Source: Heteronotia binoei (Eukaryota). Taken from it: a stretch of DNA of 64,000 nucleotides. The translations under genes and the position numbers were made by a program. Positions 1 to 11,665 of the stretch are shown here, piece after piece (positions within the stretch are counted from its first letter, which is position 1; the number at the start of each line of letters is the position of its first letter). Location: positions 27,776,001-27,840,000 of the forward strand of contig NC_083240.1 in the NCBI RefSeq assembly GCF_032191835.1, read 5' to 3'. Under the pieces are notes generated by a model. That model was not told the origin of the DNA and made no database searches. It saw only the letters and a list, made by a program, of their open reading frames with translations.

Positions 1-170
1 TCTTCTTTCCCCAAGGAGGACCCGTAGCAGTTTACATTGTTCTCCCCTCCTCCATTTTATCCTAACAACCACCACCACCCTGCGAGGTAGGCTAGGCTGA
101 GAGCGACTGTCACCCGGTAAGCTTCCACGGAAGTAGGGATTTGAAGCTGGGTCTCCTGGATGCTACTCCA
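1..170 (-). mobile_element. Squam3-like tRNA-derived SINE fragment
   Basis: Reverse complement of the CAGCCTAGCCTACCTCGCAGGGT...GGATAAAATGGAGGAGGGGAGAACAATGTAAAC body/tail. Confidence 0.6.
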
Positions 171-536
171 GCAATTCCTGAGCAGTCGGGTTAGAACTGA
201 TAAAAAGAAGTACTTCTTCACCCAAAGGGTGATTAACATATGGAATTCACTGACGCAGGAGGTGGTGATGGCTGCTAGCATAGACAGCTTCAAGAGGGGA
301 TTGGATAACATGGAGCAGAAGTCCATCAGTGGCTATTATAGATGTATAGATGGAACTTTGTCTGAGGCAGTGATGCTCTGTATTCTTGGTGCTTGGTGCT
401 GTGGGAGGGCTTCTAGTGTCTTGGCCCCCCTGGTGGACCTCCTGATGGCGCCTGGGTTTTTTTGGCCACTGTGTGACACAGTGTTGGACTGGATAGGCCA
501 TTGGCTTGATCCAACATGGCTTCTCTTACGTTCTTA
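171..536 (+). mobile_element. CR1 LINE 3' end (ORF2 C-terminus + 3'UTR)
   Basis: RVRTDKKKYFFTQRVINIWNSL...SFKRGLD motif; ends in CAACATGGCTTCTCTTACGTTCTTA. Confidence 0.9.
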
Positions 537-1510
537 CCGCTTCAGCCTTACACAACCCCTCCCTCCATTACATCCCTCGAAAGGTCATGTTCTCAGGCCC
601 AGGATGGTTTATATGGAGACAGAACCGCCCCCCCTTCCTTCGGCTCACCCTCTCCTTGCTTCATTATTCCGTGGATTTCCAAACACCATCTAAAGAGGCA
701 TGAATGGGCCGGGATCGATATTTCTGAAATCATGAAGACGTTTCTTAAAACCATCTAATTGCTGTGATGGATGGTAGCTATTAAGGAGATGCCAGGAATT
801 TGAGAAGGGCGATCTCACCAGAGACTGTACAGACCAGAAAACAGCAGCCGCTAAAAGGCCTCTGTTAATACAGGAAGGCTGTGGAGGTGGGTAAGCAGCA
901 CCAAGCTACGCACTGCTGAGAATGGAACACATAATGTACAATGCACCAAATTCCTGATTGCAGAAACATGGGCGCTTTTTTTTTCTGACCGACAATAAGA
1001 GGGACAGATCACCCGCAGACCCAACAAGTTTTTCCCTTGGGAATGTACAGTAGCAAAACTTTTCTCCCTTAGAGATGCTGATCCCTGATATTTCTGCACT
1101 CTTTTTCAGTGGATGGAGGCCAGCCCAGAGCCGTGATTCCAGCAACAGCTCTCTTCCTCTGAGGGCAGGGAACAGCTGCATCCAGGCATTTGAGGAGGCT
1201 TGAAAGAGCAAATTGCAGCCAATGCAGAGATGGCAGAATTAAATGCTGATCGCAAGGACAGTATGGTGAGTCATGCAGGGACACAGCGGGCAGCCTCCTC
1301 TCTTCAGAAAATGATTACATTGAAGAGCTATGAAGACAGGAAGTCAAGCCATGGGATGACTGACTCAGAACTGTGGCCCTTTTGGGTCTCAAGCAAAGAA
1401 ATGTCTTCCCCAGCAGCATCTATGGCCCAACATCCTTTAACAGGAGATGCTGGAGAGTGACCCTTGAATTTCCTTCATGCAAAGCTTGTGCAGTGAGCCA
1501 CAACTCACGT

Positions 1511-1767
1511 GAGAGCCAGTTTGGTGTAGTGGTTAAGTGTGAGGATTCCCCACGCCTCCACTTGCAGCTGCTGGAATGCCCTTGGGTCAGCCATAGCTCT
1601 GGCAGAAGTTGTCCTTGAAAGGGCAGCTGCTGTGAGAGCCCTCTCCAGCCCCACCCACCTCACAGGGTGTCTGTTGTGGGGGAGGAAGGTAAAGGAGATT
1701 GTGAGCCACTCTGAGGCTCTGAGATTCAGACTGAAGGGTGGGATATAAATCCAATATCTTCTTCTTC
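1511..1767 (+). mobile_element. Squam3-like SINE with internal deletion in the tRNA head
   Basis: GAGAGCCAGTTTGGTGTAGTGGTTAAG head and GGGATATAAATCCAATATCTTCTTC tail; near-identical to the copies at 13868 and 57513. Confidence 0.85.
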
Positions 1768-1937
1768 CAGTAGAATTGCGATTACACTCACAGAACTCAG
1801 CTTGAGAATGATGATGCTATTTTTAAAAAGAACTTCCTTGTAGGTGTCAGTCAGCCTTTATTGGTATATAATAACACAATAAAGATTAATATTGTAGGTG
1901 TCACTCAAGTAAGGTTTGTGACTCAGTAGAGGCTTGA

Positions 1938-2235
1938 AGAGCCCCGTGGCACAGAGTGGTAAAGCTGCAGTACTGCAGTCCTAACCTCTGCTCACGACCT
2001 GAGTTTGATCCTGGCAGAAGCTGGGTTCAGGTAGCCGGCTCCAGGTTGACTCAGCCTTCCATCCTTCCGAGGTCAGTAAAATGAGTATCAACTTGCTGGG
2101 GGGTGGGGAGAGTGTAGATGACTGGGGAAGGCAATGGCAAACCACCCCGTTAAAAACGTTGTGATGCAACGTCACCCCAGAGTCGGATACGACTGGTGCT
2201 TGCACAGGGGACTACCTTTACCTTTTTTACCTTTA
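1938..2235 (+). mobile_element. Sauria SINE
   Basis: Core GGTTGACTCAGCCTTCCATCCTTCCGAGGTCAGTAAAATGAG, BovB-like GAAGGCAATGGCAAACCACC segment, (ACCTTT)n tail. Confidence 0.85.
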
Positions 2236-2252
2236 GAGGTTTGAATCCCAAA

Positions 2253-2390
2253 CCAGTGTGGTGCATTGGTTAGTGGGTCGGACTAGAATCTGAAATGTGG
2301 GGGTTCAAATCCCCATTCTCCCATGGCAACCTGGCCAGGTGACCTTGGGGGAATCCCTTTCAGCCTAACCTACCTCCCAGGGGTGTCACC
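2253..2390 (+). mobile_element. older Squam3-like SINE fragment
   Basis: CCAGTGTGGTG...GGTTCAAATCCCC head and CAGCCTAACCTACCTC body. Confidence 0.6.
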
Positions 2391-2840
2391 CTGAGAATGC
2401 TTTAGGTGGCCACTGGGGAGATTCGGGGCACGGGGGGGGGGGGGGGGAGGATCTCAATAAACAAAAGCCCTACTTGCAAATTTGGAAGGCCCAGTTTCAA
2501 CAAAAGGCGACTAACTGCAAGTTGTGACATTTATGCAGCAGCGTTCAGAAAGCAGGGCATGCACCCATTCGCCTGCAGATCTACGTTACTAGGACGTTCC
2601 CTCTGTACAACACTAGAGGTGTTGCATGTGTCATTTCCCAGCCTTTGCTGGATCCGGCTGGCTGTGCTTGCTGCTAGGGACAGATCCTGCTGGCTCCACG
2701 TCACTGTGCAAAACAATGCTGAGCGACAAACTAAGCCCCGGACACAGCAGAATAGGACTGCAGCCTGCAAAACGCTTCCCGCCTGCCACCCCATTCCCAG
2801 CACCACCCTTTGTTTGCAAGCCTGACATGCAGTTCCACAG

Positions 2841-2868
2841 CACACGCACGCACACACACACACACACA
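2841..2868. repeat. (CA)n microsatellite
   Basis: Seen directly. Confidence 0.9.
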
Positions 2869-5009
2869 ATCAGGCCTCTCGGCCAATCACTACACAACCT
2901 TGACAGCCAATAAGCGAGCCCCAGCCTGCAGTGAGCTGCCAAATCACCAGCCTGTTGCTAAGGCCAAAGCAAAAGGGAGGGGAGATGGTGCTCCAATTGT
3001 GGAAGGAGAGGGGGGTTTCACACATACTTCTGTTGTGCCTGTGGGGTTTTTATGTAACTGTGGCTGGGTCAGTCCTCTGCTGCTGCTCCAGCCCTCTCTT
3101 AAGGTCTGTGTTTCGGAAAGCACACCCCAGATGTGGCATCTTAACAGTCAGACCAAAAGCGATGCCCCCATCCAGCTGTTTTATTCACAGCCAGACCGTC
3201 AGTCTATCTCACTTATTCTTGTCTATGCCAGCTAGCAGCAGCTTCCAGACAGGAAAGGCGTTAAGATTCAAGTTGGGATGGAGATCTTTCCTACAACTCC
3301 CTTTGAACTGAAGATGCCAAGGGCTGCACCCCCAAAAGGGTGATCCGTCACTCAGCTGTGGCCCCTAAAAACACGGTCATCTAGAGATGATACGATTTGG
3401 GATGAAGCTGGCAATGGCTTTGTTTGGGCACCCGCTTTCAGTGCCAGATCTCAGCCCAGTAACACTAACAGTGCATCTGAGCATAAGCAAAGGGCCTTCT
3501 TCCTAAACATGAGGGAGAACAGGGCCTGAATGACTATGGTATAGATTTGGAGCAAACACAGTTTCTTCTGCAGGGACAGGACATGAGAGAAGCTAAAGTT
3601 GCCAATCCCCCCCCCTCCCTTCCTCACACCCAAAAGGTACAAGAGTCTCTCCTCCTTTGTAGCTGGTCTCTTGGCATCTTCCTTTCCTTACTGAACGTGA
3701 AACAGTTTCGGAACAGAGTCAGAGCTTTTATTCGCAGCCAAACTGTGCCGCGCAAACATGCTTCAAATTCATACATTATGCTCATCATTGAAGATATCTT
3801 TCGACAAATTAATACGATCAAACAAGCCTCCGCCTCTTCTTTCACTGCTCGCACTATGAGCCGCTGTAGTGCTACAAAAATCGTCACAAACTTTCTAACC
3901 AGCAAATGGGGGGGGGGTCACTAACGGAATGTTGGAAGTCACAACAGCTTCAGAAAGGAAAGGGGAAAGGTCAATCTGGATTGGGGGCAGAGGACTGTGG
4001 GTGGAAATCACACAAAGATATCAGAGAAGTCAAGAAGACTCAGGGAATGCACTGAACATATTGCTTTGAAGGAAGCAGTGAAGGTGTAGGCTTTTAAAAA
4101 CAATTGTCTCATGTACTGGAAAATCTGGCAATTACAAAACTGTCTATTCTGGAAAATTTGGCAACCACAAAAGGACCGGGTGTGTGGGACTTTTTGGAAA
4201 GGCAGTTCCTGCTTAATCTCAGCGCTCTGTGATGAACGCAGTTTGACTGATTTCCCACTCACCTTGTTTCGGTCTCGTTGCTCCTTTTCCCTGCAGGGCT
4301 GCTGCTGGATTTCGCACAAGCTGCCCGGAGCCGGCAAGTTGCCCCGCCCCTTTTCAAGTTCCCTCCGTGGCAGACAGAAACTGGTTTTCAGAGGATCCTG
4401 TCTGCTGCGGAGGGAACTTGAAGAGAGGTGGAGCAACTCGCTGGTCTGGGGCAATCAGTGCGAAATCCATCAACAGCCCCGCAGAGAAGAGGAGAGAGCA
4501 GCATAGGGTTAATGGGAAATCAGTCTTTGTTTCAGATTATACACGAAGATTATCAGATACAATCAAGGCCTGTATGGCCTTCTGATCGACTTCCAAGTGG
4601 GGCGATGCTTCAGATCTGTTTGGAAGCAAGGCATGCCAGATTTATGAAGCTCGGGCTTTCAGAGCCGAGAGCTGCACTGCTGAATTTCAGGCTTCAGTAG
4701 TTTCGCAGAAGCGATCCAACCTCTAACAGCATCTGACAGCTGACAGAGGCACCAGGCTGTATCGGTCCAGTGAGAGCATTGAGTCATTCGGGAAATGACA
4801 TCATCCCTGGCTTTTAACCCATCCAGCCTCACTCAGCAGCCCCAGCTGAACGCTAGTGTCGGTTCTGGAACCATGGCAATAAAATCTGCGAGGCCTTTGT
4901 TTCAAAATCAACATCTGAATGGCACCATTTGTTGCTGCTCTGCAATGAAATATTATTCTAGCAACAGCACCATCCGTTATAATAGAAATTTCTTCAGAAT
5001 ATCTTAAAC

Positions 5010-5385
5010 TAGGGTTGCCAAATTCAATTCAAGAAATATCTGGAGACTTTGGAGGTGGAGCCAGGAGACTTTGGGGGTGGAGCCAGGAGCAAGGTTGTGA
5101 CAAGCGTCATTGAACTCCAAAGGGAGTTCTAGCCATCACATTTCAAGGGACTGCACACCTTTTAAATGCCTTCCCTCTATTGGAAATAATGAAAGATAGG
5201 GGCACCTTCTTTTGGGGCTCACAGAATAGGGCTTCCTAGTCCAAACTTTTTGAAATTTGGAGGGCTTTTTGAGGAGAAGCACCAGATGCTATGCTGAAAA
5301 TTTGGTACCTCTACCTCAAAAAACAGCCCCCCGCCCAAAAAAAGCCCCAGATACCTGCGGATCAATTCTCCATTATGCCCTATGA
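5010..5385. mobile_element. hAT-type MITE (TAGGGTTGCCA TIR family), one end missing
   Basis: Begins TAGGGTTGCCA; inverse-homologous to the complete TSD-flanked copy at 60977-61482. Confidence 0.8.
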
Positions 5386-5696
5386 GAATAGTGTTGGATC
5401 TGAGTTCTAATCCCCGCTTGTGCCATGGAAGCTCACTGAATAACCTCAGCCTACCCTAGGCAGCCCAGGCTGGCTTAATCTCCTCAGATAGCAAGCAGGG
5501 GGGGGGGGGGGTGTGTGCTAAGATCTCGGTTTTGGTTTGTTTTTTGCTATATAAATTGCCATTACTTCTTGTAGATTGAGGGATTGTCTATTGTAGCTGA
5601 CTTTAAAATCCTTGAAAATGATAACTGATGGTCTGGCATAATTGCATTTTCTGCATTTGCCCCACGCTGCCTCAGCCAGTGGAAAGGAATCTAATC

Positions 5697-5892
5697 TATG
5701 GATGCCAACCTACAGGTGGGCCCTGGGGATCTCCTGGAACTACAGCTCATCTACAGACTCCAGAGGTCTGTCCCCCTGGAGGCTGCTTTGGAGGGTGGAC
5801 TCTACAGCATTGTACCCGACTGAAGTCCCTGCCCTCCCCTGGCTCCACCCCCAAATCTCCAGGAGTTTCCCAACTGGGAGCTGGCAGCCCTA
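5697..5892. mobile_element. short MITE with degenerate TAGGGTTGCCA/TGGCAACCCTA ends
   Basis: TATGGATGCCAACCT...CTGGCAGCCCTA; related copy at 63105-63305. Confidence 0.6.
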
Positions 5893-6448
5893 CCCCCATC
5901 TCCGGGGGGGGGGGAGAGGGGCTTTGCAAAAAAAAAATTAAAGGGGCAAAAATAAGGCAACAGAGCTCTGAAGAGTGAGCTCTGCACATGCTCAAAGGCA
6001 ACTGTCGCCTTCGAAATTCACTCGATATCCAGGTTTTGAGAAAGAATGCGGATCATAAGCCTCTGTGACCGAAGGTCCCCCTACGCCCCCAGAAACTTTG
6101 CATGCACGCAGCGGCCGGAGAAACGCAATTCGAAGTGCAATACCAGCATCGCCCCGACGGTGGCAGCGGCACCGAGCGCCCAGCGAACAGAATCGGAAAT
6201 CTGTGCTGCAGCGTCTTGCGGGACTGGGAGGCACGGAAAGGCCCGTTGTGCACCTGCGCGGCACGGGAGGGCCCGACTGCATTGCAGCCTGATCGTTTTT
6301 GCAAAAGGCGCAGGGAACTTCCACAAGGGGAGGGAGGGGGTTGTTTCGTTTTAACATCTGCAGAAATCCAACAGGTGCATAGTCCCAGAGCGAAAGAAGG
6401 TCCAGGTGGCCACTGATGTACACGGCTTCGCCAGGGGATCAGACAAAT

Positions 6449-6840
6449 TAGAATCATAGAATCAGAGTTGGAAGGGACCTCCAGGGTTATCTAGTCCAGC
6501 ACCCTGCACAATGCAGGAAACCTACAAATACCTACCCCAAATTCACAAGATCACTGTCAGATGGCCATCTAGCCTCTGAGAAAAATCTCCAAGGAAGGAG
6601 AGCCCACCACCTCCCTAGGAAGTGTTCCACTCAGTGTTCCATTGAGGAATTGCTCTAGCGGTCAGGAAGTTCTTCCAAATGTTGAGCCGGAAACTATTTT
6701 GATTTAATTTCAACCCACTGGTTCAGTCCTACCTTCTGGGGCCACAGAGAACAACTCCACACCATCCTCTATAGGACAGCCCTTCAAGTACTTGAAGATG
6801 GTGATCCTATCACCTCTCAGCCGCCTCCTCTCCAGGCTAA
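6449..6840 (-). mobile_element. CR1 LINE 3' end (second family, ATTCTATG-type tail)
   Basis: TAGAATCATAGAATCAGAGTTGGAAGGGACC...TCTCCAGGCTAAA, a classical CR1 3' end in reverse. Confidence 0.85.
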
Positions 6841-7081
6841 ATTCAAGGAAGGAAAAGGGGTACATTCCTATGAGCCGTTAGGGCTAAATGGAACCTCTAT
6901 GATCAGGAGCAGTGTTCCCCTGAATGCGGGTTGGGGGGCGGGGGGGAAGCAGGGAAATGCCCGTTTGGAGTTTAGTTTTCCCAGAAGCGTGTTTGGCAAT
7001 TTGGGGCGACAGGATTCTGGCCTAGCTGGATCCTTGAAGTGGATCCTAGATCCAAGAGTCTTCAATGTTCTTACACAGAAG

Positions 7082-7542
7082 CAGGGGTCATTTTGTAGAA
7101 AAATAGGTGGTGGAGCTCATTAGTATAACTCATTAGCCTATGCCACCCCCACCAGCCCAAAGCAACCTGACACAAGGAGAGCCCTGGGTGAGCGAGGCCT
7201 GCTTGGGCTGGCTAAAGATCCAGCCAGCCCAAGCAGGCATCGCTTACCCAGGGCTGTCCTTGGCTGGCTGCTCCCCCCAGTCAAAGGGCCAGCAAGCCAT
7301 CTGCTGTCCAAAATCACATAAGTAGTAGAGAAAGGGTTGTGTGGGCTTCTCCAGGGGTTAATGAATGCTGCTGGAGGTATGGCAAAGCTCGTAGTGGCTG
7401 GCTGCCCACTCTCCTAATCCAGAGATTGTTCTGCAGCTGCACCTACCATTCTATGGACAAGGTAGGTGGGGAGGAGGACGGGGAACCCTCAGAGAGGTTC
7501 AGGAGCTGTGCTCCTGTGAGCTCCTGCTGAATTCAAGGCCTG
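7082..7542. mobile_element. hAT non-autonomous element
   Basis: Perfect 8-bp TSD CACAGAAG at 7074-7081 and 7543-7550; CAGG...CCTG ends. Confidence 0.8.
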
Positions 7543-7904
7543 CACAGAAGGAAACAAAAGCTACACAACGAATTTCTGCCTGCCTGGTATCATAGGCAGA
7601 GTGGTGCTCAAGAGGACATCTCTCCACAGGTGTGTGAGCATTGAGAACATTCTAGGAGGAACTATGCAGTGAAGGTCATCAAATTAGGATGTGGCTTCAA
7701 ACCCCTACACTGACAGGGTTAACATACTTCCCAGGTTTGTTGCACCAGTAAAACGGAGGACCATGTTTGTGCCTTGGAGGAAGGATGGAAATTTGATAAA
7801 AATGTACTAAATAAATGTACTAAAAAAGATTTTGCGGCCCTATAGCAACCTCAGACAAGTAGGGGATAGGCCTTTCTAGCACCCTGTGGGTTGGGTGTGA
7901 TAGT

Positions 7905-8080
7905 GGGGCTCAGGGATAGCATTCTGAGCTTGCATGCAAGTCTTGGGTTCAGTCTCTCCTACCTCCAGTTATAGGATCGTAGTTTGAAGAGTATGAACAC
8001 CCTTCTCTTTCTGAGACTCTGCAGTCACTTCAAGTCAGGAAATACTGGGCCTGCTGAACCAACAGTGCCGTAACATAAGG
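7905..8080 (+). mobile_element. degenerate tRNA-derived SINE
   Basis: GGGGCTCAG...GCATGCAAGTC...GGGTTCAGT head; similar heads at 10615, 60957 and 63890. Confidence 0.45.
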
Positions 8081-8244
8081 CAACTTTTAATGGGAGTTAA
8101 TGATTGTATGGCAGTGTTTGTGTAGTACAGCCAGGAGATCCTGAGATTGTCTGGCAACCAGCATTCTAGCTCTTTTAGTGTTATACACCACTAGGTGGCG
8201 AGCGAGACTTGTTTTTAAAGTAAGAGAGGTTTCAGAGATAGCTT

Positions 8245-8374
8245 GCCATTGCCTGCCTCTGTGTCAGGCCCCTGGTATTCCTTGGAGATCGCCCATCGAA
8301 ACACTAGCCAAGGTTGACCCTGCTTCATTTCTGAGATCTGACAAGATCAGACTAGCCTGGCCTATCCAGGTCAG
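8245..8374 (-). mobile_element. 5S rRNA-derived SINE fragment
   Basis: The minus strand reads CTGATCTTGTCAGATCTCAGAAATGAAGCAGGGTC...GATGGGCGATCTCC, resembling 5S boxes A/C but diverged. Confidence 0.7.
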
Positions 8375-8800
8375 GAGAAGCCCATAAATTCATGTTTGGA
8401 ATGTAGAAGTGCTTAAGTTTAGTCCCTGGCATTATCTAGTAAGTATTTAGAAAGACCTTTCTCTAAGGCTGTCAAGAACTGCAGCAAGACTGAGGATATA
8501 AATTAGTATAGGGCAGCTGCTGCTTATCCTTCCATCAGATACTCCCATCCCTGGCTAGGGTATGTACCTTGCATATATGTCTAGCCCATCACCACTTTCC
8601 AAAACTGGCATCAGGCGCCAAGATCCAAGCCCCAGCTTCTGTGCTGACCAATTCAACAGATTCCTCTGGATATATTTCTGGAAGAGTCGGTAAAGTCCGG
8701 TGATGCAAATGAACAGGAGTGTACCTTAAAAGATACCCTTGAAAAAGCATGAGCCCAATAGAACTTTAAATACAAACAAAATTTCTGGCAGGGGGTCTGA

Positions 8801-9362
8801 CAGCGGTATCTATCTCATTTGTTATGAGGGCCGGATCTGACATAAATGATCCAGGCCGGGCCATGTGTGTCATAAAACGTAAGGCCAGGTAGCAGAGATA
8901 CAAACTTTGTAAAGGACACAAATACAATTAAAGATTTAAAAAAAAAAAAAAGCTTAAAACATGCTTTAAAACATTATCATTCATTGGCCTTAAAGGTGCT
9001 TTCTTTGTATCTCTCCCATGGAATCCAGGGAACTGGGCAAAGGAAGCTCTGTCTCCTTTCCCAGGGGACCAGGAAAGGGATGAGCCTCAACCAATAGAAT
9101 GGAGAGGGGCTTGACTTAGCAGCTCTGCTATGCAATTGAGAGAGCCTGGCAAAGCAAGCTGCCCCCCCCCTTCCTCCCCAAAGGAGGATCCTCAGCGGAT
9201 GCAGAAACAGAGGCTTTGCTCTGTAGTTCCTGCGCAATTGAGCAAGCCTGGCAGAGCAAACTGTGATGCAGAAGGAAGCAAGAGAGAGGGAGAAGGAAGC
9301 AGATGACAGTCAGTTGCTTGGGAGCCTGATTTGGTCCCCGGGCCGCATGTTTGACACCCCTG
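8801..9362. mobile_element. hAT non-autonomous element (CAGGGGTGTCAAAC-type TIR)
   Basis: Ends GTTTGACACCCCTG; TSD GGGTCTGA/GGGTATGA (7/8). Confidence 0.8.
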
Positions 9363-9698
9363 GGGTATGAGGGCTTGGAATCATTGCGCACTCAGGAAAG
9401 CTCGTCCCGACACAAGGACAAACCATTCTGCTCATTTTGTCTTGAAAACCCCATGACAGGTTGCCAGAAGTCATCTGTGACTCGATGCCACATTGCACAC
9501 ACATCTGGAACATAGTATATCTTTTTCTCTACATAAGCTTTTGGGGATGAGAGCCCATTTCTTCAGATTCAGTCCTCTGAGCAGATTTTCCCTTGCATGG
9601 CAAAGCAATCCAACACTGGGGTGGGAACAGTCTCCAACTACGCCCATCTTGGCAGTCTGCCCAATTTTGTCCACCAGGTTCTCTGGAGTTTTTTAGAA

Positions 9699-10034
9699 CA
9701 AGGGTGGCCAAACCTGCTTAAGGTAAGAGCCATACAGAATAAACATCAGATGTTTGAGAGCTGCAAGAAGTGAACGTCAGATGTTTGAGAGCAAGAAGGA
9801 AGGAAAGAAGGAAGGAAGGGAGGCAGGCAAATAGAGGAGGGGAAAGGTGGAAAGAAAGCAACTTTAACTTTAAATGCATTTTCCAGGCTGCTGGCTGACT
9901 TGGATTGGAGAAGTGATTTAAAGAGAGAAATCCCTTTTCCGAGCTGGCTGATGGGGCGGTGGGGGCTTTGAGAGCCACACAATATGTGTGAAAAAGCCTC
10001 ATGTGGCTTCTAAGCCACAGTTTGGTCACCCCTG
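9699..10034. mobile_element. hAT MITE (CAGGGGTGGCCAAAC family)
   Basis: TIRs CAAGGGTGGCCAAAC / GTTTGGTCACCCCTG; homologous to 58289-58610. Confidence 0.8.
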
Positions 10035-10757
10035 CTTAAGAACATGGAATCTGAGTACACATAAGCAAGGGGTGATGGCCAGGTCCTCCCACTTCAATTC
10101 TCTGGTCTGCAGCAAACGTCCCTCCCTTGGCACTCTTGTAGATGAGTCAGTGTGCACTTTTAGGGCTGCTGTTCCACACATAGATGCTATATATTTAAAA
10201 GGGTGAGTCACAGTTGCTGCACAGATCTCTGACTCTTGAGTAGAATAAACCCCAGGGCAGGCTGCCGGTATTAGTCACTATCCATTCAAGAGTTTGATGT
10301 AATAGTGGATTTGCTCCCCCCCCCCCTTCACCCTGCACAATACCTCTTCTGGGACTGCTATATTCCTGGAAATACAGTGAGTAAGAGCTAGGGAAATCAC
10401 ATGACGATTAGTCCCGGGCTTTTGCAATGCCGTTAACTGGGGCCATTAGTGTGTAAATGCTTACAAGGTTCTGGCCCTATTAAGACATACAGCTTTTGAT
10501 CAAAGAATCACAAAATTAATCTTCTGTCCCTGTTTCCCACCAACTCTCAGGGTTGGTCCAGATTCATTTGGTGGCCTTGAAGGGCTGCCCTGATGTCCCT
10601 TATGAAAATGGGACATGCGGCTCAGTGGCAGAGCAGACGCTTTGCCCACAAAGTACCCGAGTTCAAGAGGCTTGAGGTAATAGCAGCGTACACCAAGAAT
10701 TTCATTGGTAGCAGAGAGGATTTCTTTGCCTACCCATAGCTGCCTAAAACCGTGGCT

Positions 10758-10850
10758 AGGGCTTTTTTTTTTAAGCAGGAACACAGTTCCGGCTGCCGTA
10801 GCGTAAGGGGTGTGGCCTAATATGCAAATGAATTCCTGCTGGGCTGTGGC
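10758..10850. mobile_element. partial copy of the octamer-bearing CAGGGCTTTTT MITE
   Basis: Similar to 11545-11665. Confidence 0.6.
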
Positions 10851-11544
10851 TCCCACCTCATGGAATGGGATACCTGAAGTCGCAAAACGCAATTTGTTCA
10901 GGAACATGGTTTTATAAAGGAAATCAGGACAGTACGTATTAAATGTAATACACATGAAATCCTGCTGTAACTATTGTTATTTACTTGTGTGATTCCACAT
11001 TCTGCATGGTTTGATATATGTCTAAGACTATTTTGCATTGGTTCTAATTTTATCATTAGGTAGCAGACAAATTCACAGAGGATTGTCCATAGATGGCCCT
11101 CAGCTATGATGGCTAAAGAGAAGGCTAGTTAGAGGCAGCACAGCTCTGAAAAGTAGCATCTGGGGAAAACAGGAGCCAACTGTGGCCCATGCTATGCTTT
11201 TAGGCCTTCTGAGGCACCCAGAAGGCTACTGCAGGAGGAATTTTTAGTCCGACCCTACAGAGGTATTCTGATGCTCTAGTAGTCTACTTCAATATAAAGC
11301 ATTTCCCCAGTATTTGCTCCTAAGTCAGCATGCACCTATTTGTTTTTTTAAAAGGAGGGAGGGATTAGACCTTGACATTCTTCAACTTTCAGTCCCCCTC
11401 CATAGTCAAGCTGTTTGCATTATGAATCTAGCATGTTTGCAAATACACAAATAGAAGGATTTCACTGCCTGTCATTTCTCAGATTGCAACCGAGCTCATT
11501 TGATTTAATAATATCTTTTTAGGTGTTTTAATATCACTGAAACC

Positions 11545-11665
11545 CAGGGCTTTTTCTGAGCAGGAATGCACAGGAACACAGTTCCAGCTGGCTTGGGCAT
11601 CAGGGGGTGTGACATAATATGCAAATGAGTTCCTGCTAGGCTTTTTCTACAAAAAAAAAGCCCTG
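11545..11665. mobile_element. about 120-bp hAT MITE (CAGGGCTTTTT...AAAAAGCCCTG)
   Basis: TIRs present; TSD CTGAAACC/ATGAAACC (7/8); contains ATGCAAAT. Confidence 0.8.

Noticed and set aside
3547-3924. Overlapping 125-aa (+) and 93-aa (-) ORFs
   Set aside because: No recognisable homology or clear exon boundaries; the length is within chance range.
8245-8374. 5S rRNA gene
   Set aside because: Too diverged, partial, and shares a non-5S leader with a second copy; called a SINE instead.
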